A stretch of DNA of 64,000 bases, taken from assembly GCA_053919585.1 (NCBI GenBank), contig CM132809.1. The stretch is one strand, 5' to 3'. This DNA comes from Euprymna scolopes (taxonomy: Eukaryota). The notes beneath the pieces were generated by a model that saw nothing but the letters and a program-made list of their open reading frames with translations, made no database searches and was not told where the DNA came from. The translations under genes and the position numbers were made by a program. Of the stretch, positions 1-11,637 are shown in pieces; within the stretch, counting starts at the first letter, position 1, and each line of letters begins with the position of its first letter.

Positions 1-869
1 GGAAGTTGAATATCCAATCCGTATTCCGAGCGATACTAAGAATACAATTGCGAATTACTTAAGATTTTTACTGGGTTATAGATCATGGAACGAGAGTATG
101 CTACTTCCACGGATTGAATAAAGAATTCTGTTTAGAATTCTGTGCAGATCCCACGGTTCAACAAGACACACCGGAAGAATGTGGAAGCTTACATCAGCCG
201 AGACTTTGTAGGAATAACACTCACGATGAGAACAGCAGTTTTTATGGTTCAAATAATACAAAATACAGCACTTTCGTTAAAATTGGATCCTCGTCGTAAG
301 GAAGGTTACGAAGATTTGAAAGGAATAACAGAAGGATTAACTTGTTAGCAGGATTCGTGGCAAATGTTTGGCTGAAATAATGAGTGTGAACCAACGCTGA
401 TAACAGAGATAATTACATCTCCGCCTACAGAACAAGAAACGAGCCAACTCGCTAACAAGAATGATAAACTTCTCAACGTAGAAGTAACAATATCTCAACA
501 CGAGCACAACGAAATCGTAGATGCCCTTCCTATTTAAAGGATTACTCTGGCGAATATAAAATAACACAAACATTTAAGCTTGCCAATATTTTTTGTCGTA
601 AACTATAAATGAACAACTTAAACGAAAATTAAGAAGCGACAGACTATGTTTTCCACTTTACAGTCCCTAAATTGATCTCCATCGTCTGCTTGATTCCATT
701 GTAAATCTATTACAAAAAAAGCTGAATTAATTAAGTTTTTTTTCACCTAAGGCATTTGCTTATATATTTAAATTATACAAAATACCTGCTAAAATATTGC
801 TTACTTTCAACGTACGATATTTGAACCTTTAGTGCTGCTTTTATTTTAAGTTATCTATCACTCTCCTTT

Positions 870-3588
870 CTAAGAGCAATATATACTTATTTTCTAAGAG
901 CAATGTTTTCTTGTTTTCTATAAGAATTGTATTCTTCTTTTCTATAAGCAATGTATTCTTCTTTTCTATAAGCAATGTATTCTTGTTTATAAAGGCAACG
1001 CATTCTTCTATTCTAAAAGCAAAAAAAAAAATTTCTTGTTTTCTAAGAGCTATATATTCTTGTTTTCTAAGAGTAATGCTTTCGTATACTAAGAGTAATA
1101 TATTCTTGTTTTCCAGGAATAATATATTGTTTAGTTAAGAGCAATGCATTCTTGTTTCCCAAGTGCAATATATTGTTTTCGGGGAGCAATTTATTGCTTT
1201 CCAAGAGCAATGCGTTGTTTTCTATGAACAATATACTTTTGTTTCTTAAGAGCAGTATATTTTTGTTTTCGAAAAGCAATGTATTTTTTTTGTTAAAAGC
1301 AATGTATTCTGGTTTTCTAAAAGCAATGTTTTCTGGCTTTCTTAAAGCAATGTTTTCTGGTTTTCTTAAAACATTGTATCCGTGTTTTTTTAGCAATGCA
1401 TTCTTGATTTATATGAGCAATTTATTATTGGCTAAATAACTTTATTTTATAAACGCAATGTATTTTTATTTTCTACGAGCAATGAATTCTTGTTTTCTAA
1501 GTGCAATATATTCTTGTTTTTTTTAGAGTATCGTTTTTGTATTCTAAAAGCAATATATTTATGTTTTCTAAGCGCAATGTATTCTTGTTATCAAATAGTA
1601 ACGCTGCTGTATTCTAAGAGCAATGTATTATTGTTTTCTAAGAGCAATGTATCTTTGTTTTTTGTGAGCAATGTATTCTTGTTTTTTTTTAAAGAGCAAT
1701 GTATACTAGTTTTCTAAGAGCCATGTATCATTGTATTCTAAGAGCAATGAATTATTTTATTCTAAGAGCAATGTGTTCTTGTTTTTTATGAGCAATGTAT
1801 TCTTGTTGTTTTAAGAACAATGTATTATTGCTTTATAAGAGCGATGCATTATTGTATTCTAAGAGCAATGTATTCTTGTTTTTTCTATGAGCAATGTATT
1901 CTTGATTTTTAAGAGCAATTTATTATTGCAGAAAACAATAATAAATTACTCTTAAAAACAAGAATACATTGCTCATAGAAAAACAAGAATACGTTGCTTA
2001 CATACATCATTTTCTAAGAGCAGTGTAATCTTGTTTTCAATGAGCAATGTAGTATTCTTTTCTAAAACCAATGTATTATTTTATTCAAAGAGCTATGTAT
2101 TCTTGTATTTTTTAGCGCAATATATTCTTGTTTTCTAAGAGCAATGTATTATTGTATTCTAAGAGCAATTTATTATTGTATTCTAAGGGAAATGTATTCT
2201 TGTTTTCTAAGTGCAGTGTATTCTTGTTTTTTTAAGAGTGACGGTTTCGTATTCTAAAAGCAATATATTTATGTTTTCTAAGTGCAATGCATTTTTGTCA
2301 TCTAATAGTAACGCGTCTGTATTCTAAGAGCAATATATTATTTTCTAAGAGCAATGTATTATTGTTTTCTAAGAGCAATGTATTTTTGCTTTTTTAAAGC
2401 AATGTGTTCTTGTTTTTTACGAGCAATGTATTATTGTTTTCTAAGAGCAATGTATTATTGTATTCTAAGATCAATGTATTCTTGTATTCTAATGGCGATG
2501 TATTCTTGTATTCTAAGAGCAATGTATTCTTGTTTTCTAAGGGCAATGTATTCTTGTATTCCAATGGCGATATATTCTTGTATTCTAAGAGCAATGTATT
2601 ATTGTATTGTAAGAGCTATGTATTCTTTTTTTAAGAGCAATTTATTCTTGTTTTCTAAGAGGAATATAATCTTGTTTTCTAAGAGCAGCATAATCATGTT
2701 TTTAAGAGCAATATATTCTTTTTTAGGAGCAATGTATTCTTGTTTTTAGAAGCAATATATTATTGTATTCTAAAAGCAATGTATTATTGTATTCTAAGAG
2801 CAATGTATTCTTGTATTTTTAGAGAAATGTATTATTATTTTCTCAGAGCAATGTAATCTTGTTTTCTAAGAGCAATGTATTATTGTTTTCTAAAAGCAAT
2901 GTATTATTTTATTCTTAGAGCAATGTATTCTTGTATTTTTAAGAGCAATGTATTCTTGTTTTTTTAGAGCAATGTATTATTGTTTTCTAAGAGCAATTTA
3001 ATCTTGTTTTCTAAGCGCAATGTATTATTGTTTTCTAAGAGCAATGTATTATTTTATTATAAGTGCAATGTGTTCTTGTATTTTTAAGAGCAATGTTTTA
3101 TTTTATTCTTAGAGCAATCTATTTTTAAGAGCAATGGATTATTGTTTTCTAAGAGCAATGTGTGATTTTATTCAAAGAGCAGTGTATTATTGTTTTCTAA
3201 GAGCAATGTATTATTTTATTCTCAGAGAAATGTATTCTTGTATTTTTAAGAGCAGTGTATTACTGTTTTCTAAAAGCAATGTATTATTGTATTCTAAGAG
3301 CAATGTATTCTTGTTTTTTACGAGCAATGTGTTATTGTTTTCTAAGAGATGTGTATTATTGTTTTTTAAGAGCAATGTAACCTTGTGTTTTTAAGAGCAA
3401 TGTATTCTTGTTTTCCAAGAGCAATTTAATCTTGTTTTCTAAGAGACATTTATTTTTGTTTCCTATGAGTAACATATTCTGGTATTTCAAAGAGCAATGT
3501 TTTTTTTTTTCTCAGATTAATCCTTTCATATTCTAAGAGCAGCATATTCTTGTTTGCTAAGAGCAATGTATTATTGTTTGCTAAGAGT
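870..3588. repeat. 24-bp minisatellite (~110 degenerate units, consensus CTAAGAGCAATGTATTCTTGTTTT)
   Basis: Unit read directly. It produces the 8-aa periodic ORFs (MYYCFLRA). Confidence 0.95.
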
Positions 3589-3871
3589 CAATCCTCGTCC
3601 GTTAGCTGACTGACTTGTTTAGGTGAATTATTGCTTTTGTAACTAAAATTCAAAATGTTTTCTTATATAAATATTCAACTTTTTGGTCCACCGACTTAGT
3701 CGGATTTGTACCTTATTATTCACATTTGTTCATTCGTTCCCAAAATTCTAAGTAACTACTTACTACATTTTTCTGAAATTTTGCATTAAGTTACCACTAC
3801 CCAATGGAGGAAATGTAACATTCTCGGATTTTTGATAAAAATTCTGGCCGCGTAACAAGGAGGTCAGAATA

Positions 3872-4170
3872 GGTTAAAATGGCAAAAAATAGCACTTTCC
3901 GGGACATAGAATCTTTTTCGAATTTTAGATTTTGCTGAAAATTACTCAAGAGCAAGATCACATGGACATAAATCTGGAAACGTAATATTTGACCCTGGGA
4001 AAAATCTAATTGCGTCTCCAGGGGGCCAAATCGGTCAAAATAGCAAAAATAGCACTTTCCAGGACATATAATCTTTTCGGACTATTAGATTTTGGTGAAA
4101 ATTACTCAAAAGAAAGACCACGTGAATATACATCTGAAAATATAATATTTGACCCTGGGAAAATTCTGAG
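3872..4170. repeat. Two tandem copies of a ~160-bp unit
   Basis: AAAAATAGCACTTTCC at 3885/4045 and GACCCTGGGA at 3991/4151, both offset 160. Confidence 0.85.
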
Positions 4171-4624
4171 GTTTGAGTCCAGTGTGTATAAGGGCTGAAA
4201 AGCATACTTTGTGGGGCTAATTTTTATTTTTCTCTTAAAATTCAAAGCATCAGTCGGGGTACTATATAGCTTTTGGCTTGTTTTATTATATAAATATCCT
4301 GTAAGTATTTTATTGTTTGAAATTATTTATCTTCTAACACATTCTTCTGCTATCGAAATATTTCACATCTCAATAATATCGGACGTCTCGTAATGTTTTG
4401 CTTCCTCCTTTCCATCAGGTAATCCAGTGCTATCCAGGATACACAAAATCTATCAATACTTTGGGCACTGAAACTCGTTTAGAGAATAGTCAAACCAACC
4501 CTTATCCCACCCAAACCCAATTTTGGCCTTTTGACACATCTTCATGCTTTATATTAAGAAATGTTTACCTATAAAATTTGAAGAAAATTATATATATAAT
4601 TATTTACTATAATGATTATTAAAT

Positions 4625-4720
4625 ATTTACAGATACTAACGTTTCATCCTTTCATGAATCATTGAATCGTCAGTGCAAGGTTTCAAGATTAACACCAGTC
4701 AATAGATTTGAACCCGGCAA
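4625..4720 (-). mobile_element. SINE-like element: B-box followed by HHR-like motif
   Basis: Minus strand GGTTCAAATCT (4714-4704), then TTGCA-CTGACGA...GAAAC-GTTA-GTA-TC-TGTAA. Resembles the 46-kb copies. Confidence 0.5.
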
Positions 4721-5462
4721 AAGAAGGCATCTCTGGCTTCATCAGCAAGGACCCNNNNNNNNNNNNNNNNNNNNNNNNNNNNNNNNNNNNNNNNNNNNNN
4801 NNNNNNNNNNNNNNNNNNNNNNNNNNNNNNNNNNNNNNNNNNNNNNNNNNNNNNNNNNNNNNNNNNNNNNNNNNNNNNNNNNNNNNNNNNNNNNNNNNNN
4901 NNNNNNNNNNNNNNNNNNNNNNNNNNNNNNNNNNNNNNNNNNNNNNNNNNNNNNNNNNNNNNNNNNNNNNNNNNNNNNNNNNNNNNNNNNNNNNNNNNNN
5001 NNNNNNNNNNNNNNNNNNNNNNNNNNNNNNNNNNNNNNNNNNNNNNNNNNNNNNNNNNNNNNNNNNNNNNNNNNNNNNNNNNNNNNNNNNNNNNNNNNNN
5101 NNNNNNNNNNNNNNNNNNNNNNNNNNNNNNNNNNNNNATATGCTGGTGGTGGTAAATGTTGATCACAATACGTACAATTACATTAAAATAAAAAAAATAA
5201 AATAAAGAGAAACTCTTAACACAATACATATAAATACTTCCAGTTACGTGGTCATTTGTCCTTTGTGTTTTCTGAAAGTTTCTTTCCGATGCCATTTTTC
5301 ATTTGGCCGTAGGAAGCTTAGTCTAAATTACACGTATACACATATATAGCCAAAAAATATTTGTATAAAGAAAAATTTATACGTCATACACACATATATG
5401 CACAGACATAGACACCCACACAAATACACACAAATACATCCATCCATCTATACATACACACA

Positions 5463-5524
<62 letters not shown>

Positions 5525-6000
5525 TCTCAAGTGTAAACGGCTACTTCAACATAAAAGAAATGTTGGAATTGACTTTGGCACGTAAGTAAAGTTAGAAAAA
5601 AAATAAGGTTTTTCTTTTAGTTGTATATGTCCATGAGTAGGGGGAGTTCATTTAAGTGCTTTTCAGTTTAGACGGCTCATCTTTCTGACATTTTAGTAAA
5701 GACGAGGAGATACTTGGTGTCGTTTATCTCTTTTTCAAAGTATTTCTGCTTTAACACATACTTTGTTACATGCCATGAGTATGTTATTTTTTTCAGTGAC
5801 TCTAAAGAACGCGTGGACTGATCTCCTCATCATATCACGTCAATAGTGACATTATGGACAAGATAACAAACAACGGAACAAATAACAAAAAGAATTAGTA
5901 TTAATGGTTTCTTTCTTTTTGTGTGTATTCTTAAATGAGATTTAAAACTCTTGAAAAGATTTTGCCTTTGACAATTCTAGATATTTTTTCTTTTTCTTTG

Positions 6001-6655
6001 TTTTTTACACGGTGGTCACCACTTATCAAGGCCCGGAAGCCACTCATGGATAAGGGGTATTGCAAGTACAGTACGTTAGTGTGGAGATTTGATGAAGTGT
6101 TTACTTAAGGGGGCGGTTCATTAGGAATTTGTTAACGTTGGTCTTGAAGACATCCAAAGAAGATCTCTGTTTATCAAGACCCAGAGGCGACTCAAGTATA
6201 AGGACGCGACGACATCGTTATGATCGGTATTAGTGGAACTTAGGTAAGATTTTATTTTTAAAGAGGATAGCGCAACAAGAACTTGTCCACGTTGGATTTA
6301 AAAAGAATAATATTATAGTCAGCCAGGAATTATCCCTCTGGTATCGTGTTCCACAGATGGGTAATTTTAGCAAAAACACTTTGTTCATGGAATTTTCGTT
6401 TTGTTTTAGGCATAGATAGAGAGTAATGAAATCGTCGACAGTGGTTGTAGGTAAGCAAGTGTTTTTTGCAAATGTTTAACATAAAGGGTTCTCAGATAAC
6501 AATGCAGGCAAAAACCTGCCAGGAAAATATCGATATAGCAACGTCTTTTCTGTAAGAAAGAGAAAATAGAGAGAAAAAAGAACATCAGCCACTAAATTTC
6601 GAAGCCCATTTTGTATACTATCAAGACAGAAAAGAGTACTCTTAGCAGCTCCTCC
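6001..6655 (-). mobile_element. CR1-group LINE 3' fragment, diverged
   Basis: Poly(T), the shared 3' motif CACCACTTATCAAGGCC...GGATAAG, and similarity to the C-terminus of the 58441-59952 ORF. Confidence 0.8.
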
Positions 6656-6978
6656 ACAACTTCCATAGTCTGGAATTAAAACACTTGAAAGTCGTAATAC
6701 ACAGAGTTATAGAAAAGTCAACCATACAAAAAACATGAACACGGGACACAATAAAAAGTAGACATAGAAAATAACGGTGGGTATAAGACGATTCAAAGAA
6801 TAAACAGATATTTTGAGCTACAGTGTCGAAATGATACAAATTAGTTTGGCATGGTTTGTTTGACAAGATTGCAACATCTTTTAGATTAGGTAATGTGTGT
6901 GTTGATTTTTCGTTTGACATATAAACTATTTTTGATCATTCAATGTTGATTTAATAAATGTTAGTAGTAATTCGTGGA

Positions 6979-7014
<36 letters not shown>

Positions 7015-7109
7015 AGTTATGAATATATATATATATATATATATATATAGCAGCTAAGCTAGACAGAATATTTCGCATTTCATCCTCGTGAGAATTTGTC
7101 AGGCTTAAA

Positions 7110-10100
7110 CTTTTTTTTTACATAGGCATCACCACTTACCAAGGCCCATAGGCCACTCAAGGATAAGAGTTAAAGAGTGTAGAGTAGTCAAAAGGACAAT
7201 ATAGTAATCGATAGTAATCGAAGTTCGGCAAATTTGTTAACTTAAGTGGAACGGCTCATCAGAAACTTGTTCACGTTGGACTTGAAGACAACCATATTAT
7301 AGACGACTGGAAAGCAGGAAAACGGAAGACAATTCCACAGGCGTGCAGTTCTAAAAAAGAAGATTTGATCATGAAATCTATGTTTAGGTTTAGGCACAGA
7401 TAAAGAGTGGGGGGAATTATTGATAGTGTTTTCAGCTAAACAAGTGTTTCTTGTGAAAGTTTGGCGAGGGGGGACCATAGATTGAAGCTCAATTGAACAC
7501 TTTCCATGAAAATAGCGATGAAGCAGAGACAAACTCGCAACATCTCTTCTGTGAGATAGAGGTTGCAGAGAAGAGGAAAGGACATCTCCCACCAGGCCAC
7601 AAAGTCTATTTTGAACCCTATCAAGTCAGGACGAGTCTTTTCTAGCAGCTCCTGCCCATATGTGGCAACAGTACTCCATCCTTGGACGTATCTGGCTTTA
7701 TATAGATAGAGAATTTCATCAGCAGTGAGATATCTACTGGATCGATAGAAGGATTAGACCATTTTCCAGCGGCCTTGGCAACAGATTTGATGTACGTATT
7801 CCATTTCAGATCAAGAGTAAAGGTCAAGCGAAGAAGCCTGGCAAAACTTGAGGCCTCCCCAAAATGAGAGCAATTCATTTTAATTGATGCCAGATGGGGA
7901 TCAGAACGTTGATGATGTAAAGATAGAAGCTTGGTTTTAGATACATTAAAAGTAACCAGCCACTCCTTTCCCCATTGTACAACGTGATCAAGATCAGAGG
8001 AGAGAGAATCGTTTACTGTCTTAGATGTGCTACCATAGATGGTAGTGTCGTCAGCAAAATGTGATTTGAAAGATCATTAATGTAGATCAGGAAAAGAGTT
8101 GGGCCCAGGAATGACCCCTGAGGGACTCCATCATTAAAACTGAGAGCTTCTGATTTTTGCCCATCAACTACTACTCTTATGAACCCATCAGAGAGAAATG
8201 GTTTAATAATTGAGAAGACATTTCCAGCTATACCATAGATGGAGATCTTGTGAAGTAAACCTTTATGCCATACCCTATCAAAGGCCTTTGATATGTCAAG
8301 AGCAATTGCCATAGAAAGGTTGCCTCTGTCGAGAGATTCGTTAATCCTATGAGATATAACTGTAAGCACATCTGCTGTAGATCTAGCAGAACGGAAACCA
8401 TATTGTGTGTCACTAAGAAGGTTATTTTTGCTGAGATGGTTGATTACTTCTCTATATAACACAGGTTCCAGCAACTTACTCATGACGCACAGGAGACTTA
8501 TTGGCCTGTACTGAGAGGGGGATGAACGATCACCTGAATTCTTAAATACAGGGCATACTGATGATATTTTCCAGGGTTATGGGAAGCTATTCTCCTTAAG
8601 ACAACGTTTAAACAGTTTTGTAAGTATGGGCGCTAGTTCTGGTTTAAGTTTTTGAGTAATATAATTGGAATACCGTTAGGGCCGGTTGCTTTACTGGAAT
8701 CAAGGTTTTTGATTAGCTTTGCAACATCACGTACAGATATTTGTATATCACATAGCGTGTTTTCTGATCCAGAAGGAAATAATGGAGGTTGACGGCCTTG
8801 GTCGCAAAGGGTAGAATTGGCTGCAAAGTTCTTGGCAAAGAGTTTGGCTTTGTCTGATGCTGACGAGATTAACTCAGGTCCATTGATGATAGCTGGGTTA
8901 GAGTACACGCTTCTGTTCAGGATTCTGTTTGCTATTTGTCAAAACGGGTGGGAACCAAGCCGCTGCTCAGCTATTTTGTACTTGATGGACTGAGCATATA
9001 ACTCTCTTGCATTCTTTATTACTTTCTTACAATGGTTGCTGGCAGTCCTGAAAGCGGCTTTAGTTTTCTATACATCCATTACGTTGGAAGCAGTGGAAAA
9101 AGTGATTTATGTGTGAAATAGCAGCAGCCCATTCTGGAGAGAACCATGGCTGGCTGGTAAGTTTTTGCTGGAACTTTTTTGAGAGTATGAAATGGTCTAT
9201 ACCTACTATTAATCATTCCGTCAAGTCTAATACTATAGACGACACATCCTTTTAAAACATGGAATGCAGAGGAAGATCCGATATAAATGTATGGAAACTA
9301 TCCCAGTCAGCCATAGTGTACCAATATACGGTACGATGGAGAGGTACGTCTGAGGACTTATTACATTTCATTTTTATCTTAATTGATACAACTGAGGGGT
9401 CGGAAGATCCAAGAGGAGACAGAACGGAATCTGAACATAGTTCAGGGCAAGTTGTGAGAAAAAGGTCCAAGAGACTCGCATACTGGCCGTCATTGTCGGG
9501 CACGGGTGGGTTCGTGAACTATCTCAGTGAGGTCATAAGCAATGGAGAAATCATGACAGAACCTCCCCCTATCATCGGGCTTGTTTGAGTGAGTCAACCA
9601 TTCCACATTATGAACATTGAAGTCTCCACATACGTGAATGTTAGCTGAAGGATATGCTGATAGAACTTGGTCAATTTTCTTAGATATGCTTTTAAAGATA
9701 GTAACTCCGCTGTTATGGAGGCAATAGAGAGTAAATATAAAGGCGGTAGTGTGAGCTAGTGCAATCTGGGAGCACATATAGGGTAAGTTAGGATCTTCTC
9801 TGGAGATGTCCCTACCACATAGAAAGCCATCTTTAATATAGGCACATATTCCATGCCCATGGCGATCTTAGTGGTCAGATTTGGAAGTTAAGTGAGAGTA
9901 TCCTTTAATTACAAACTCATTTAGGAAAATAGTCTGTCCAATTCCGGTTTTGCTTAAAAATAAAAGGTCTGGTTAAGTCTCCTGTAATTGGGCTTCAACC
10001 TCTGGAAGGTTAGAACGTAGACCCCTTATGTTAGAGAAAAAGACATGGTAGTGGGGGTCTATGTCGGAAGTTTCAGATCCGGGTTTAATCATGTATTTTT

Positions 10101-10180
10101 TATTGAAACTTGTCATGATGGAATTTTGGAGTTTGTAGACTAGGTCGTCAGACTTGCTTAGAGCAGGACAGAGAGAGGAA
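7110..10180 (-). mobile_element. Near-full-length decayed CR1-group (Zenon-like) LINE, APE endonuclease + RT
   Basis: ATG at 10116, then FSNIRGLRSN and GDFNVH (APE), ALDISKAFDRVWH and GVPQGS (RT), LQPLSHRRDVASLSL. Many frameshifts and stops. Poly(A) end at 7110. Confidence 0.93.
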
Positions 10181-10337
10181 ACAAAGAGAGAAAAGTAACG
10201 AAGAAATTTTTTTTATTATATATATTTTCATAAATTACTACCTAGCTCTACCTATGTATTGAGCACTATTGAAGTAAATACTGAAAATATACACATACAA
10301 TTATATCTTCAAGTATTAATTCATGTGATTAAATGTA

Positions 10338-10398
<61 letters not shown>

Positions 10399-10496
10399 AG
10401 ATGTTCAAAAGTAGGGACTAATGAATACAACGAGGTTGTTAGATACTGCTCGATAACATGAGCAAAATATTTTTTCTATAGCGTCGAATGGTTCAG

Positions 10497-10548
10497 GGTC
10501 GCCTGACGAAGTCTCATTGGCTGAAACAGATGACTTTTTGTAGCGACC
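10497..10548 (+). ncRNA. Type I hammerhead ribozyme, fully paired
   Basis: GGTCGC-CTGACGA-AGTC(TCATT)GGCT-GAAA-CAGA(TGACTT)TTTG-TA-GCGACC. Stem I 6 bp, stem II 4 bp, stem III 5 bp. GUA triplet, predicted cut after 10542. Confidence 0.85.
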
Positions 10549-10590
10549 AAATGTAAATGCTTACCCTCAAATAAATACTAAAAAAATAAG

Positions 10591-10656
<66 letters not shown>

Positions 10657-10805
10657 AGTATATTTATGCAGCATATTCTCCTTTAAGCATATATTGTTAA
10701 ACAGCACAGCATTTTCTTGTTTGACAATTTTCCGTTTTATTTTTTCCAGATTTCGAACAATCCTTCTTGTGTTATATGTAAAATGGTGTAAAAGTGTTCC
10801 GTAGT

Positions 10806-10843
10806 CTGCGAGCGCTTTCGGCGTTTCCGCCATCTTCAGGCTG
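10806..10843 (-). ncRNA. Minimal PLE-type hammerhead ribozyme
   Basis: CAGC-CTGAAGA-T-GGCG(GAAA)CGCC-GAAA-GCGC-TC-GCAG. Palindromic GCGC in stem III, as in dimer-acting PLE HHRs. Stem I is weak. Confidence 0.7.
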
Positions 10844-10997
10844 GTTATATAAAAAGTCGTTTTAAAATTACGTCGAATGATAAGGTCGTGTTTTAAAATT
10901 ACATCGTACTATAAGATCGTTTTTGGCTTATGTGGGCTATTTATATACAAATTTATTGGACAGTTTTTTTTGTTTTATATATATATATATACACACA

Positions 10998-11572
10998 TTA
11001 ACAGAGGCATTTTAAAATATTTTTGCTGGATTCATAATTTATATTGTTTATTTTGTGTTGTCTCACTTTTATATACAATGCCTCCAAAACCTTCAGTCTC
11101 CTAACGTTAGGGTCTGTTTGTAAAATTTTGGTATTTTCTACCATGATGTTTCTAAATTGAAAATGCTGGCAGCCATGTTTTTTTTGTAATGTTGCGCGAT
11201 AGAGCTAGTATCGGAAAGATGAAGCGTTAGTCTACGGGACAATGTGTTGGTAGTATGACCAATGTAAGAGGAACAGTTAGAGATACACTCTCCTATTGGG
11301 CAATTAAATTGATAAATTACATTGTTCTTTTCCAACACTTTGTCCGCTTGCGAAATATTGTTATTAATTACGAGATTAGTCGTTTTCCGTTTTTTATAAT
11401 AGATAATGAACTTCAACCCTCTACCGCTGCTGGGAGATACGTATCGTCGAATTATGTCTTTTAAGACCCTTTCGTCTATGTGATAGTTTTTATGTAACTG
11501 GTTACAGTAAAATATATTTATGGGTGACGGATTATTATCCCTTTCTCTACCAGCAACATGACTTAAATTGTT
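10998..11572 (-). pseudogene. PLE ORF C-terminus with GIY-YIG endonuclease (one frameshift in an A-run near 11180)
   Basis: FYCNQLHKNYHIDERVLK...NVIYQFNCPIGEC...YIGHTTNTLSRRLTLH, then in the shifted frame LKVLEALYIK...KIN...CLC*. Confidence 0.9.

Positions 11573-11637
<65 letters not shown>

Larger units (their letters stand above)
10654..11575 (-). mobile_element. Penelope-like element fragment: GIY-YIG 3' end, UTR, HHR, then repeated 5' start (pLTR arrangement)
   Basis: GIY-YIG at 10998-11572, HHR at 10806-10843, N-terminal peptide ...LFNNICLKENMLHKYT at 10654-10833. (TA)n on both sides. Confidence 0.88.

Noticed and set aside
870-3588. CRISPR-like periodicity and repeat-protein ORFs
   Set aside because: Contiguous units with no unique spacers and no cas genes, in a eukaryotic context.
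4662-5295. Long ORFs spanning N-runs (also at the other gaps)
   Set aside because: Assembly-gap artefacts.
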